Assembly (NCBI GenBank): GCA_051882415.1
Contig: JBJERU010000003.1
Location: 5,273 to 69,272, forward strand
Source: Faecalibacterium sp.
Lineage (GTDB): Bacteria > Bacillota > Clostridia > Oscillospirales > Ruminococcaceae
Direction: 5' to 3'
DNA length: 64,000 nucleotides
Shown: one piece after another, positions 48,146 to 58,432 of the stretch
Position numbering within the stretch: position 1 is the first letter of the stretch
How the letters are laid out: each line of letters begins with the position of its first letter
Program-made: the position numbers and the translations under genes
Notes under the pieces: model-generated
What the model saw: the letters and a program-made list of their open reading frames with translations, nothing else
Database searches by the model: none
What the model was told of the DNA's origin: nothing

Positions 48146-48164
48146 TTCTTAAGATTTCCTAAGG
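48146..48164 (+). promoter_or_regulatory. Direct-repeat site, candidate OmpR-family binding box
   Basis: TTCTTAAGAT-TTCCTAAGG upstream of the response regulator; same motif upstream of the transporter operon. Confidence 0.6.
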
Positions 48165-48244
48165 AAAAAATCGTGGAAAAGATTTCCGGAGGCTGGTATA
48201 CTGAGATCCAGAAGATAGGCGCATCCGCCAGGGAGGAGACTGTT

Positions 48245-48964
48245 ATGGAAGCGCAAACGATTTTGATTGTAGAGGATGACCCGGATATCCGGGACGGGGT
48301 GCGGATCCTGCTGTCCGGCGCGGGCTATCACATCCTGGAAGCAGAAAACGGACAGCAGGCGCTGCGGATCTTCAGCGATGCGGTGGATCTGGTCGTTCTG
48401 GATGTGATGATGCCGGGGATGAGCGGATTCCAGGTCTGCGAAGAGCTGCGCAAACAAACAACGGTCCCCATTTTGTTCCTGACCGCCAAATCGCAGGAGC
48501 TGGACAAGCTGCTGGGACTGACGGCGGGCGGAGACGATTATCTCTGCAAGCCGTTTTCCTTCACAGAGCTTTTGGCGCGGGTCAAAGCGCTGCTGCGTCG
48601 GTACTACGTTTATCGGGGCAAGGAGCAGGAGATCTCCCCGCCAAGGGAGTCGATGCTGAGTTCCCACGGCATCCGGCTTGCGCTGGACTGCAACCGGGTC
48701 TGGGTGGATGACCGGGAGGCCGATCTTACCGAAACAGAGTACAAGATCCTGAGCTTGCTGATGCAGAATCCGGAGCGCATTTTTCCCATTCCGATCCTGT
48801 ACGAGATGGTGTGGGGCGAGCCGTACTATTATACATCCAACGGTACGGTCATGGTGCATATCCGCAATCTGCGGATGAAGATCGAAAAAGACCCCAAAAC
48901 GCCGGCCCGTGTGCTGACCGTTTGGGGCAAGGGCTACCGTTTTGGTTCGGAGGAGCTGGAATGA
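48245..48964 (+). CDS. OmpR family response regulator
   Basis: ILIVEDD, LDVMMP, FLTAK, DDYLCKPF, VMVHIRNLR, TVWGKGY; start ATG 48245 after GGAGG. Confidence 0.96.
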   Translation: MEAQTILIVEDDPDIRDGVRILLSGAGYHILEAENGQQALRIFSDAVDLVVLDVMMPGMSGFQVCEELRKQTTVPILFLTAKSQELDKLLGLTAGGDDYLCKPFSFTELLARVKALLRRYYVYRGKEQEISPPRESMLSSHGIRLALDCNRVWVDDREADLTETEYKILSLLMQNPERIFPIPILYEMVWGEPYYYTSNGTVMVHIRNLRMKIEKDPKTPARVLTVWGKGYRFGSEELE

Positions 48965-50271
48965 AGGCCGGGCACAGTCTGGCGGCGGAGTCGGCCCGGA
49001 TGCTGCTGATGGCGGGGCTGATCTGTGTGCTGCTGTTTTTGGGGCTGCAATTCGCCCTGCGGGAAGGGGTGTACTTCTATTTCAGCCAGCCCGAAGCGCA
49101 GGAGAAGGAAGTGCTCCGGCAGGCGCAGACTTTTCAGAAATATATCACGGCGCGGAACATTTCCAGCACGGATGCCGGCGCGCTCACCCGCTGGGTCGAA
49201 AAACACCGCTTTACGCTGCTGGAGGTCTACCGCGACGGCACATTGATCTACACCTCTGTTTCCCGCGGCGACTGGGAAATGCGCAAAGGCGACAATCAGC
49301 AGCCGCATTTCCAGCGGCTTCCGTACTATTCCGTCGAGTTTGCCGATGGCCCCGCACAGGTCATGTTCTACTGCAACGCGTCCGCTCTTTATTATGCGTG
49401 GGGCAGCGGCATTTTTCTGGTGGTCTGTGTGGCGCTGTTTCTGGCGCTGTTTCTGATGGGATGCCGCCGCATCGTCCGGTATCTCAGCCTTCTCATCAGC
49501 GAGATCCAGGCGATGGAGGGCGGCGACCTGGAACACCCCATCACGATGCAGGGGCAGAACGAGCTGACCGTGCTGGCACAGTGTCTGGACTCCATGCGGC
49601 TGACGCTGCGCCGGCAGCAGCAGCAGGAAGCCGAGGCCGAAGCACAGATGAAGACCCTGATCACCGAGATGTCTCACGATCTGCGCACCCCGCTGACAAC
49701 GATGCTGCTTTATACCGAGATCCTGCGCAAGCACACCTATGAAACGGACGCGCAGCGGGACGGCTACCTTGCTGTCCTGGATACAAAGGCACACCAGCTC
49801 AAGCAGCTTTCGGATAATCTGTTCGAGTATGCTCTGGTCACGCGGGACACCGCTGTTGCGCTGGACGCGCCCGCGCACTTTTCGCAGATCTTTGAGGAGC
49901 CGCTGGCCGAACTGGTGGACACGCTCCAGCAGCGCGGTTTTTCCTGTGTGCTGGAGCTGGGCAGCGAGGATCGGCTGCTCCAGGTCAATGCCCTGTACAT
50001 CCGGCGCATCCTGGATAACATCGGTTCCAATCTGCTGAAATATGCCGATCCCTCTCAGCCGATCCTCGTCCGCTATCTGCGGGAAAACGAACGGGTCGGG
50101 CTGTGCTTTGAGAATCGGACGCTGCCCTGCCGCACCGAGAAAAAAAGCGCGCATGTGGGGCTGGTCAGCATCCAGACGATGATGGAAAAAATGCATGCGG
50201 AGAGCCATGTGGAGCAAAAACCGAATACGTTCTGCATCACGCTGCTTTTTCCGGTGCGCCAAAGCGGGTAG
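48961..50271 (+). CDS. HAMP-containing sensor histidine kinase
   Basis: Two TM helices, HAMP, SHDLRTPLT H-box, NIGSNLLKYA N-box; ATGA overlap. Confidence 0.93.
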   Translation: MKAGHSLAAESARMLLMAGLICVLLFLGLQFALREGVYFYFSQPEAQEKEVLRQAQTFQKYITARNISSTDAGALTRWVEKHRFTLLEVYRDGTLIYTSVSRGDWEMRKGDNQQPHFQRLPYYSVEFADGPAQVMFYCNASALYYAWGSGIFLVVCVALFLALFLMGCRRIVRYLSLLISEIQAMEGGDLEHPITMQGQNELTVLAQCLDSMRLTLRRQQQQEAEAEAQMKTLITEMSHDLRTPLTTMLLYTEILRKHTYETDAQRDGYLAVLDTKAHQLKQLSDNLFEYALVTRDTAVALDAPAHFSQIFEEPLAELVDTLQQRGFSCVLELGSEDRLLQVNALYIRRILDNIGSNLLKYADPSQPILVRYLRENERVGLCFENRTLPCRTEKKSAHVGLVSIQTMMEKMHAESHVEQKPNTFCITLLFPVRQSG

Positions 50272-50292
50272 AGATATTTTTCCTTTCATAAA

Positions 50293-50348
50293 ATCTTCAC
50301 ATTTCTTAAGAACGTCTTAAGAAATTCTTCGGCAAATTCCTAAGAAAT
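50293..50348 (+). promoter_or_regulatory. Array of CTTAAGA-like direct repeats, candidate response regulator sites
   Basis: TTCTTAAGAAC, GTCTTAAGAAA, TTCTTCGGCAA, TTCCTAAGAAA at ~11-bp spacing. Confidence 0.65.
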
Positions 50349-50408
50349 GGAAGATATACTCCAAACCATACTCAAATTAAGAATCCCATATCATCAGGAG
50401 GGACTGCG

Positions 50409-52100
50409 ATGCTGTGGAAAAAACCGCATGATGACCAGAACGGGCAGAAAGACCTGTCTGTTTCCAAAACGCCGCCTGCCGGTACCCAAAAGGCTTTGGC
50501 CTTTGGGAAACGGCACTGGAAAAAAATCGCCGCTCTGCTGTGCGCAGCAGCGGTAGCCGTGGCCGTGCTGCTGCCCAGGATCGGCACAAAAAGCGTAAGC
50601 GCCGGGATACAGTACATGGAAACTGTACCCCAGACAAGAAGCATTACCAATACATTCAGCGGGACCGGAACGCTTTCCGCCGCAAACACCTACACCGTGA
50701 AATCGCTGGTCAAGGGCACAGTCCTGACCGCTGATTTTGCGGTGGGCGATACCATCGAAAAAGGTGCGGTGCTCTACACCATCGACAGCTCGGATGTTTC
50801 CAGCAGCGTCCAGAAAGCAGAGCTGTCTCTGCGTCAGGCACAGCAAAGCTACGCTGATGCCGAAAAAGCGGCCTATGTGTGCTCGTCCATTGCGGGCACG
50901 GTGGTATCGCTGAACGTGAAGGCGGGCGATTTTGTCAAATCCGGACAGGAGATCGCCACCATCCGGGACAGCTCATCGCTTCTCCTTGCGCTGGAATTCC
51001 CGGCGGCGGATGCCGCGCAGTTCTCCACCGGCCAGGCCGCGCAGATCCTGGTGGACAGCACCTTTGAAACGCTGGAAGGAACGGTGATCTCGATCTCCGG
51101 CGCCGACACGCTGAACAACGGCAGCCTGCTGACCCGCACCGTGACCATTGCTGTGGCCAATCCCGGCAGCCTGACCACCGCGCAGGCAGCCACTGCCAGT
51201 GTGAACGGCATCAGCGCCCTTGGGTCGGCGCGCTTTACCTGCCAGCGGGAGCAGACGGTAACGGCCTCTGCCAGCGGTACGGTCGCGGCGCTGTGTGTCA
51301 GGGCGGGCGAATGGGTCGGCGTGGACACCGCTTTGATGCAGCTGTCCAGCAGCGAGCTGACCAAGCAGCTGCGCAATGCCGCAGACAGCCTGACCAGCGC
51401 GGAGCTTTCGATGTCGGACACGCAAAAGCAGATGGAGAACTACACCATCACTTCGCCCATCAGCGGCACGGTGATCTCCAAATCCATCAAAGAGGGCGAC
51501 ACGGTGAACAGCAGCGCCACCAGCGAAACGATGTGCATCATCAATGACCTGAGCTATCTGGAGATCACCCTCAACGTGGATGAGCTGGATATCCTGTCCA
51601 TCAAGGAGGGCCAGAGCGCCCGCATTACCGCCGATGCCATCAGCGGCCAGACCTTTGAGGGCGTTGTCACCAGTGTGTCCACTGCGGGCACCACCAACGG
51701 CGGCACAACGACCTATCCGGTCACTATCCGCCTGAACGAAACGGGCGACCTGCTGCCCGGCATGAACGCGACCGCCGAGATCATGGTCGACCACGCCGAG
51801 AACGCGCTTTCCATCCCGAACGGCGCGGTCGTGCGCGGCGGCTATGTGCTCGTCACCCAGGATTCTCCCAGCGCTGCCAACGCTGCCCGTGAGATGACCG
51901 CCCCGGAGGGCTATGTGTACGTCAAGGTAGAAACAGGCATCAGCGACGACGATTATATCGAGGTGCTTTCCGGTCTGACCGCGCAGGACACCATCGCCTA
52001 CGACCCCAGCCTGGCTTTCTCCTCTGACAGCATGGAGATGGACTTCCGTCGGAACGGCGGCGGTATGCCCGGCGGGGGCGGCCCGGGAGGTGGATTTTGA
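50409..52100 (+). CDS. Efflux periplasmic adaptor / membrane fusion protein (HlyD/MacA-like)
   Basis: N-terminal TM helix, repeated biotinyl-lipoyl-like segments, ITSPISGTV, VDELDI, LLPGMNA, VETGISD. Confidence 0.9.
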   Translation: MLWKKPHDDQNGQKDLSVSKTPPAGTQKALAFGKRHWKKIAALLCAAAVAVAVLLPRIGTKSVSAGIQYMETVPQTRSITNTFSGTGTLSAANTYTVKSLVKGTVLTADFAVGDTIEKGAVLYTIDSSDVSSSVQKAELSLRQAQQSYADAEKAAYVCSSIAGTVVSLNVKAGDFVKSGQEIATIRDSSSLLLALEFPAADAAQFSTGQAAQILVDSTFETLEGTVISISGADTLNNGSLLTRTVTIAVANPGSLTTAQAATASVNGISALGSARFTCQREQTVTASASGTVAALCVRAGEWVGVDTALMQLSSSELTKQLRNAADSLTSAELSMSDTQKQMENYTITSPISGTVISKSIKEGDTVNSSATSETMCIINDLSYLEITLNVDELDILSIKEGQSARITADAISGQTFEGVVTSVSTAGTTNGGTTTYPVTIRLNETGDLLPGMNATAEIMVDHAENALSIPNGAVVRGGYVLVTQDSPSAANAAREMTAPEGYVYVKVETGISDDDYIEVLSGLTAQDTIAYDPSLAFSSDSMEMDFRRNGGGMPGGGGPGGGF

Positions 52101-52846
52101 TGAGTTCGCTCATTGAATTTGAGTCCGTATGCAAATATTATCAGATGGGCGATACCACCGTAAAAGCAGCCGATCATATCTCGATGCAGATCGAAAAAGG
52201 CGAGTTTGTGGCCATCGTGGGCCAGTCCGGTTCGGGCAAATCCACCTGTATGAACATCATCGGCTGTCTGGATGTGCCCACAGCGGGGCATTACCGGATC
52301 AATGGCCGGGATGTGGGAAAGATGAGCCGCAACGAGCTGGCCGAGGTCCGCAACAGGATGCTGGGGTTCATCTTCCAGCAGTATAACCTTCTGCCCCGGC
52401 TCAACCTGATGGAAAATGTGGCGGTGCCGCTGGTCTACCGGGGCCTGCCCCGCGCCGAGCGGAACCGCCGGGCAAAAGCGGCGCTGGAGCAGGTGGGCCT
52501 GGGCGATAAGCTGAAAAACAAGCCCAACCAGCTTTCCGGCGGTCAGCAGCAGCGCGTGTCCATCGCGCGGGCGCTGGCCGGGGAGCCGGATGTCATTCTG
52601 GCCGATGAGCCGACCGGCGCGTTGGATTCTCATACCAGCCGCGAGGTGATCGGCATCCTTCAGGAGCTGAACCGCCAGGGGAACACTGTGGTGCTCATCA
52701 CCCACGACAATTCCATTGCGGTGCAGGCGCAGCGGATCATCCGTCTGGAGGACGGGCGCGTGATCTATGACGGCGATGCCCACGCGCCGGAGGCCGTTGT
52801 GCAGCCGGGCCGGATGATACAGCCGGACAGGGAGGGGACCGCATGA
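52100..52846 (+). CDS. ABC transporter ATP-binding protein (MacB/LolD family)
   Basis: GQSGSGKST, LSGGQQQRV, ILADEPTGALD, ITHD. Confidence 0.96.
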   Translation: MSSLIEFESVCKYYQMGDTTVKAADHISMQIEKGEFVAIVGQSGSGKSTCMNIIGCLDVPTAGHYRINGRDVGKMSRNELAEVRNRMLGFIFQQYNLLPRLNLMENVAVPLVYRGLPRAERNRRAKAALEQVGLGDKLKNKPNQLSGGQQQRVSIARALAGEPDVILADEPTGALDSHTSREVIGILQELNRQGNTVVLITHDNSIAVQAQRIIRLEDGRVIYDGDAHAPEAVVQPGRMIQPDREGTA

Positions 52847-54042
52847 TCTACGAAACTCTCCGGGAAGCCTTCCAGAATATCTGGAACAACAAATTCCGAA
52901 CCATCCTTACGATGCTGGGCATCGTCATCGGCGTGATGGCGGTCACTGTGATCGTCGGCCTGGGCAATGGCATGACCCAAAGCATGAAGAACAGCTTTTC
53001 CTCTCTGGGCACCAACACGCTCACGGTCAATATCATGGGCTACGGCTCGCGCTCGGTTTCGGTGGATGACGTCTACGCGATCGTAGAGGAAAACCCGCAG
53101 CTGTTCAGCGGTATTTCCCCCACCGTCAGCCTGAGTGGAAACGTCAAGGTGGGCACCTCCAAGTACAGCCAGACCTCTGTGCGCGGTGTCAGCGAAGAGT
53201 ATCTTTCCATATCGAGCTACACCGTTGCGCAGGGCCGCGGGCTGAATTACATCGATCTTGCAGATAACAAAAGGGTGTGCGTCATCGGCGCGTATCTGAA
53301 CCGTGTGGCCTATGGTGGAAACGCCGTGGGGCAGACCATCAAGGTCGGCGCTTATCCGTTTACCATCGTGGGCGTGCTGGAAGCAAAGGTCAGCGATACG
53401 TCCTCGCAGGAGGGCAGCAACGATGACTGTGTGTTGATCCCCTACACGACGGTGCTGCGCCTGAACCAGAGCAGCACCGCCAGCAGCTATACCATCACGA
53501 TGGTGGACGAAGAAAAGGCTTCCGAGGGTAAGCAGCTGGTGGAAAACCGGCTGCAGGAGCTGATGCACTCGGACAGCGGATATTTTGTCACCAGCATGAG
53601 CGAGATACTGTCCATGATGACATCCATGATCAATATGGTGGTCACGATCCTGTCCGCGATCGCGGCGCTGTCGCTTCTGGTGGGCGGCATTGGCATCATG
53701 AACATCATGACGGTGTCCGTCACCGAACGAACGCGGGAGATCGGCATCCGCAAAGCGCTGGGCGCAAAGGAACGGGTGATCCTGTCCCTGTTTGTCACCG
53801 AGGCCGCCGCAACCTCTACGCTGGGCGGTGTGCTGGGCATTCTGCTGGGCTACGGCGTTTCTTCGGTCGCAAATCAGATCCTTCCGCTCCTGATCTCCGA
53901 TATGGAGCTGACGATCGTGCCTTCGGCATCCTCCGTAGCATTTGCATTCGGGATCTCGGTGGGCATCGGTGTGTTGTTCGGCTATCTGCCCGCAAGACGC
54001 GCCGCGCGGCTCAACCCCATTGAAGCATTGAGGTATGATTGA
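52843..54042 (+). CDS. ABC transporter permease (MacB/FtsX family)
   Basis: RTILTMLGIVIGV, SLLVGGIGIMNIM, ERTREIGIRKALGA, LNPIEALRY. Confidence 0.96.
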   Translation: MIYETLREAFQNIWNNKFRTILTMLGIVIGVMAVTVIVGLGNGMTQSMKNSFSSLGTNTLTVNIMGYGSRSVSVDDVYAIVEENPQLFSGISPTVSLSGNVKVGTSKYSQTSVRGVSEEYLSISSYTVAQGRGLNYIDLADNKRVCVIGAYLNRVAYGGNAVGQTIKVGAYPFTIVGVLEAKVSDTSSQEGSNDDCVLIPYTTVLRLNQSSTASSYTITMVDEEKASEGKQLVENRLQELMHSDSGYFVTSMSEILSMMTSMINMVVTILSAIAALSLLVGGIGIMNIMTVSVTERTREIGIRKALGAKERVILSLFVTEAAATSTLGGVLGILLGYGVSSVANQILPLLISDMELTIVPSASSVAFAFGISVGIGVLFGYLPARRAARLNPIEALRYD

Positions 54043-54043
54043 T

Positions 54044-56317
54044 ATGAAAAAACGATTCCTTTCGTTTCTGCTGGCGGTGAGCATTGCTGTCTCTCTGCTG
54101 GCGCTGCCCGCCTCCGCCGTCGGACAGAACGCAGCGGTTCAGACTGCCGCGGCGCTGGGCGGACTGACCGGGGCACAGACCACGGAGCTTTCCGCTGTGC
54201 TGACCCGCGGCCAGCTGGCTCAGATGCTGACGGCGTTTTCCTCCTATCGAGAGAGCGCTGCGGCACAAGGCTCTGTAGGTACGCTGTTTTCGGATGTGGA
54301 TGCAAGCACCGCGTTTGCAGGCTCGATCCGCATCGCGGTGCAGCAGGGCTGGATGAGCGGCTATTCAGACGGCAGCTTCCGCCCGGAAAAGGCTGTCACC
54401 CTTGAGGAAGCCTGTACCGCTCTTCTCAACCTGCTGGGCTATGATGTTACCACGCTCAAGGGCACCTTCCCGGCCGCGCAGCTCAACAAGGCCAGCGAGC
54501 TGGGCCTGCGGACGGATATCGGCCGCAGCCAGGGCGAGAGCCTGACCCTGGCGGACGGTGCACAGATGTTTTATAATGCGCTGGCCGCCAAAAATTCGCA
54601 GGGCACCGTTTACGGCCAGAGCCTTGGCTTTACGGTCTCAAACGGCCAGGTAGACATTTCCACCATCCTGCTGGCTAACCGCAAAGGCCCCTTTGTGGCG
54701 GACGAGACAACGACGCTGCCTTTTGTGCCCGCGACTGTTTATTATAATGATACAGTGTCCTCCTCGGCTCAGCTGAGTAAATACGATGTCTATTATTACA
54801 GCGAAAATCTGAATACGGTATGGATCTATTCCCGCCGGGCGGCGGGCCGGATCACGGCGCTTTCCCCCTCGGCCAGCGCGCCTACCAAGGTGACGGTTGC
54901 AGGCACGGAATACACCGTCGCTACCACTGCGGCGGCGGCTCAGCTGTCCTCTCTGAACGGCGGCGGCATCGGCCAGGTGGTGACGCTGCTGCTGGGTCTG
55001 AACAACGAAGTGGTCGCCGTGTTGACCGGCGACCAGGCGGACGAGGTGTTTTACGGTGTGGTGCAGACCGCTACCCGCAGCCTGGAGCTGTCCAACGGCG
55101 CGGACGTGAAGCAGACGGTCACGGTGGCCTGCACCGATGGCGTGACCCGCAGCGTCAACGTGGACAAAAGCCTGAACTATCCGGCGGGCTGGCTGGTGGA
55201 GATCCGCGTGGATAAAAACGGCGAGAGCATCCGTTCTCTGGAAACAAAATCCATTGCCGGAACAGTTTCTGAGGACGGCACCGCATTGGGAGATATGGAA
55301 TTTGCATCCGGAGTGGAAATTCTGGACACGACTTCGGAGGGACTGGCTGGGACGATACGTCCCAGCCGCCTATCGGGGGTAACGCTTCTCTGGAATAATG
55401 TGAAATATTATACCACCAACGAGCAGGGACAGATCGACCGCCTGATCCTGGATAACGTCACCGGCGATCTGATGACCTATGCGGTCCTGGACGATGTGAA
55501 GAATCTGATCGACAAAGCGGTGGAGGAATATGAGAGCAGCACTTCTTCCTCCACAAGCAGCACCGGAACCACCGCTTCGGGCACAGGCACGGCTGGCAGC
55601 ACGACAGGAAGCGGCAGCACGGCTGGCACGGGAGGAACTTCGGGCACAACAGGAAGCACCGCGGGAACAGGTACCGCAGGAACAGGCACCGCAGGAACAG
55701 GCACCGCAGGAACCGCTACAGAAACGGACTCCGACAGCACCAAAACAACGGATCTGTCCACGGTAGTCAGCGATGTTGCCGATATCGTGCTTCCCTCAAC
55801 GAGCGATATCCTGTATGGAATCCTGGATGGCAGCATCAGCAGCACGCTGTGGGAAAGCCTCAGCTCCAATACCGACAAGCTTACCAGCTATGCGCTCCAG
55901 CTGGCGGCCGACAACACCAGCGGCACCCTGAGCAGCGTATTCAATTATCTGGCCAGCGGCGCGACCTATAAGTGCTATGTGAACGGCCAGCAGACCACCT
56001 TCCAGACTTCGACAAAATATCCGGTGGTGGCGGGCGGCATTGCCATCAGCAAATCGGCCACCGGAAAGGTCAAGGGCATGGTGCAGCTGATGCCCGTTTT
56101 GATCGACCGTCTGGGCGCAGCCTCTGCGATGAGTGGTTCCACCCGCTATGAAACAGCGGACGATATGCAGGTCTATCTGTGGTACAAAGGGCAGTATTAC
56201 GCGGTCTCTCTCGCAGACATCAACGCACAGGATTATTCCCTGATCGGCTGGTACGATGCGATGGGCTGCACGGCAGGCGGTAAGATCCGCATTCTGGTAG
56301 CAGTAAAAAAGAGCTGA
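54044..56317 (+). CDS. S-layer homology domain surface protein
   Basis: Signal peptide (ASA), LTRGQLA, FSDV, GWMSGYSDGSFRPEKAVTLEE SLH motifs; Ser/Thr/Gly linker. Confidence 0.9.
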   Translation: MKKRFLSFLLAVSIAVSLLALPASAVGQNAAVQTAAALGGLTGAQTTELSAVLTRGQLAQMLTAFSSYRESAAAQGSVGTLFSDVDASTAFAGSIRIAVQQGWMSGYSDGSFRPEKAVTLEEACTALLNLLGYDVTTLKGTFPAAQLNKASELGLRTDIGRSQGESLTLADGAQMFYNALAAKNSQGTVYGQSLGFTVSNGQVDISTILLANRKGPFVADETTTLPFVPATVYYNDTVSSSAQLSKYDVYYYSENLNTVWIYSRRAAGRITALSPSASAPTKVTVAGTEYTVATTAAAAQLSSLNGGGIGQVVTLLLGLNNEVVAVLTGDQADEVFYGVVQTATRSLELSNGADVKQTVTVACTDGVTRSVNVDKSLNYPAGWLVEIRVDKNGESIRSLETKSIAGTVSEDGTALGDMEFASGVEILDTTSEGLAGTIRPSRLSGVTLLWNNVKYYTTNEQGQIDRLILDNVTGDLMTYAVLDDVKNLIDKAVEEYESSTSSSTSSTGTTASGTGTAGSTTGSGSTAGTGGTSGTTGSTAGTGTAGTGTAGTGTAGTATETDSDSTKTTDLSTVVSDVADIVLPSTSDILYGILDGSISSTLWESLSSNTDKLTSYALQLAADNTSGTLSSVFNYLASGATYKCYVNGQQTTFQTSTKYPVVAGGIAISKSATGKVKGMVQLMPVLIDRLGAASAMSGSTRYETADDMQVYLWYKGQYYAVSLADINAQDYSLIGWYDAMGCTAGGKIRILVAVKKS
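55658..55713 (+). repeat. 15-bp coding tandem repeat (TAGTG) in the SLH protein linker
   Basis: ACCGCAGGAACAGGC repeated about 3.7 times. Confidence 0.85.
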
Positions 56318-56348
56318 AAGCCTTTTGCAAGAATCAGTTTTTCTAACC

Positions 56349-56392
56349 AAAAAACCTCTCTGTGTCATTTGTTTGACACAGAGAGGTTTTTT
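56349..56392. terminator. Bidirectional terminator
   Basis: AAAAAACCTCTCTGTGTCA ... TGACACAGAGAGGTTTTTT between convergent genes. Confidence 0.92.
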
Positions 56393-56408
56393 AATGCCGG
56401 AGAGCAGA

Positions 56409-57107
56409 TCAGCGCGTGTGCACGTCCTGTACGGTCAGTTGCCCGCCGTCTACGGTAAAGCGGATCTCCAGCCCGCCAAAGGCCATGCCGTAGATCCGGG
56501 CGGGGTCATGCTGATAGGAGGGGCGGGGATCGTTTGCAAGCACTTCCTCCAGAGCGCCGCGCTGCTCCGGGGGGATCTGTGCCCACAGTGCGGGAGCGCA
56601 CTCCACCCGCAGGCGGTGGCCCTGGGTCTGGACGGTAAAGCCCCCGGCGGCGTCCGGATGGCTGTCGGCATAAGGGAGATAGGGTTTGATATCGTAGATG
56701 GGGGTGCCGTCCATCAGGTCGGCTCCCCGCACGCAGAGCACCGGCCCCAGCTCCGGCCGCAGCTCGATCTTTTCCAGCCGGACGCTGGAAAGCCCCAGCG
56801 GATTGGGACGGAACGGGGAGCGGGTGGCAAATACGCCCATACGGGTGTTCCCGCCTAGACGCGGGGGGCGCACGGTAGGCGACCAGCCTTCCCGCACAGC
56901 GCCGGAAAACTGCCAGACCAGCCAGATGTGGCTGAAGTCTTGCAGTCCGCGCACTGCATCGGGATTGCGGTACTCCGGCGTAAAGATCACCTCACCCCGC
57001 AGGCTGTCCACCAGCCCGCTTTGGCGCGGGATGCCGAATTTGGTGGGAAAGTCGGTATGGATGTGTGCAATGACTTTAAGGGTCATCGCTTCGGGTGCCT
57101 GTTCCAT
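56409..57107 (-). CDS. tsaA: tRNA (N6-threonylcarbamoyladenosine(37)-N6)-methyltransferase TrmO
   Basis: KFGIPRQ, FSHIWLVW, TVRPPRLGGN, GVFATRSPFRPN, DGTPIYDIKPY, DPRP. Confidence 0.95.
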   Translation of the reverse strand: MEQAPEAMTLKVIAHIHTDFPTKFGIPRQSGLVDSLRGEVIFTPEYRNPDAVRGLQDFSHIWLVWQFSGAVREGWSPTVRPPRLGGNTRMGVFATRSPFRPNPLGLSSVRLEKIELRPELGPVLCVRGADLMDGTPIYDIKPYLPYADSHPDAAGGFTVQTQGHRLRVECAPALWAQIPPEQRGALEEVLANDPRPSYQHDPARIYGMAFGGLEIRFTVDGGQLTVQDVHTR

Positions 57108-57119
57108 GGCAGCGCTCCT

Positions 57120-57338
57120 TCAGTAGATTTTTTCAATGGGACAGCCAGGTGCCAGGCCATAGGCGGCGCGGAAGGCTTCCAGATCACGCGGGGTGCGGAT
57201 CAGCATGACCTCCTCCACCTTGCCGGTGGCCAGCTCCTGAAAACCCGCGACCTGCTCGCCGGTGCAGATGCTGCATTTCAGCACAGGGCGGGAAACAGCG
57301 GGGTCGTATCCTGCGGCAGATTTCTTTTTGCCAAACAT
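57120..57338 (-). CDS. Small conserved hypothetical protein
   Basis: 72 aa, CSICTGEQVAGF, EEVMLI, YG...IEKIY; AAGGAG SD. Confidence 0.75.
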   Translation of the reverse strand: MFGKKKSAAGYDPAVSRPVLKCSICTGEQVAGFQELATGKVEEVMLIRTPRDLEAFRAAYGLAPGCPIEKIY

Positions 57339-57381
57339 AGCGGCTCCTTTCTTATATAAGAGATATCCCCGGCGTCAGCGG

Positions 57382-58005
57382 TCACAGCCCGCGGCAGAAG
57401 CCCACGGCCTTGCCCTCGATCTGGAGATCGTTCAATTGGATGCCGGTGTAAACCATGGGGGGACAGACGGCGGCGTTGTCTGCCAGCAGCATAACGGTGT
57501 CGCCCTGGCGGTGAAAGTGCTTGAGGGTGGCTTCCTCGCCCACCCGGACGGCGGCGATCTCGCCCTGCTCCACCTCCGGCTGACGGCGGATGCACACGAT
57601 GTCTCCGTCCCGGATGGTGGGGGACATGCTGTCGCCGTGGCAGGTCAGGGCAAAGTCGGCATGCCATGCGGCGGGTACGCCGATGTAGCATTCGATGTTC
57701 TGTTCTGCGGTGATCGGGGTGCCGCAGGCAATGGAGCCTACCAGCGGCACCTGCACCATTGGGGGCAGCGGCTCAAAGCCCGGCGGCGGGGCAGTCGGCC
57801 CGGAGTCCAGCCCCAGAAGCCAGCCGGGAGTGGTCTCCAGCGCGCGGGCCAGTTCTTCGATCTTAGCCTGCGGAAGATCGTTGATGCCGGTTTCCAGCTT
57901 GGTGATGGAGGACTTGGAACGGTAGCCCATGCGCAGGGCAAGCTGTTCCTGAGAGAGATTCAGCTCGCCGCGCCGTTGACGGATACGGCGGGAAAATTCG
58001 GACAT
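57382..58005 (-). CDS. XRE HTH + S24 peptidase repressor (cI/LexA-like)
   Basis: LSQEQLA HTH, VPLVGSIACG cleavage loop, GDSM Ser and ATLK Lys; start moved to ATG 58005. Confidence 0.9.
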   Translation of the reverse strand: MSEFSRRIRQRRGELNLSQEQLALRMGYRSKSSITKLETGINDLPQAKIEELARALETTPGWLLGLDSGPTAPPPGFEPLPPMVQVPLVGSIACGTPITAEQNIECYIGVPAAWHADFALTCHGDSMSPTIRDGDIVCIRRQPEVEQGEIAAVRVGEEATLKHFHRQGDTVMLLADNAAVCPPMVYTGIQLNDLQIEGKAVGFCRGL

Positions 58006-58111
58006 AGGTTTCGCCTCGCTTTCAATATTGGCCCGGGACAGGGGCTTTGACCCCAGTATAACAAAAAATTTCCTAATAATCAACTATTTTTCGCCGTTCT
58101 CTTGGAAAAGG

Positions 58112-58140
58112 TTGACATATAATCACCTCATTGTTATAAT
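58112..58140 (+). promoter_or_regulatory. Consensus sigmaA promoter for the cro-like gene
   Basis: TTGACA-17 nt-TATAAT with extended TG. Confidence 0.88.
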
Positions 58141-58198
58141 ACAACAAAAAGTTGGTGAAAAAACCGATTATAAAAACAGAAGGGAGACATTTGGAATT

Positions 58199-58408
58199 AT
58201 GGATCATGAAGCGATCTGGGCACTTATCCGGAGCAGCGGTTATAAACTGAACTATATCGCCCGTGTCCTGAACATCACCCCCAACACCCTGCGTCTGAAG
58301 CTGAATGGGGAGAACGAGTTCAAGCTGAGCGAGGCCCAGTGTCTGGCCCGGCTGCTGGAGCTGGATGCAGCGCAGCGGGAACGATACTTTTTTGGTGCAA
58401 AAGACTGA
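58199..58408 (+). CDS. Cro-like small HTH protein
   Basis: 69 aa, IARVLNITPNTLRLKLNGENEFKLSE; divergent from the cI-like gene. Confidence 0.82.
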   Translation: MDHEAIWALIRSSGYKLNYIARVLNITPNTLRLKLNGENEFKLSEAQCLARLLELDAAQRERYFFGAKD

Positions 58409-58432
58409 TCCTGTGCGGCGGAGGGCAAAGAA

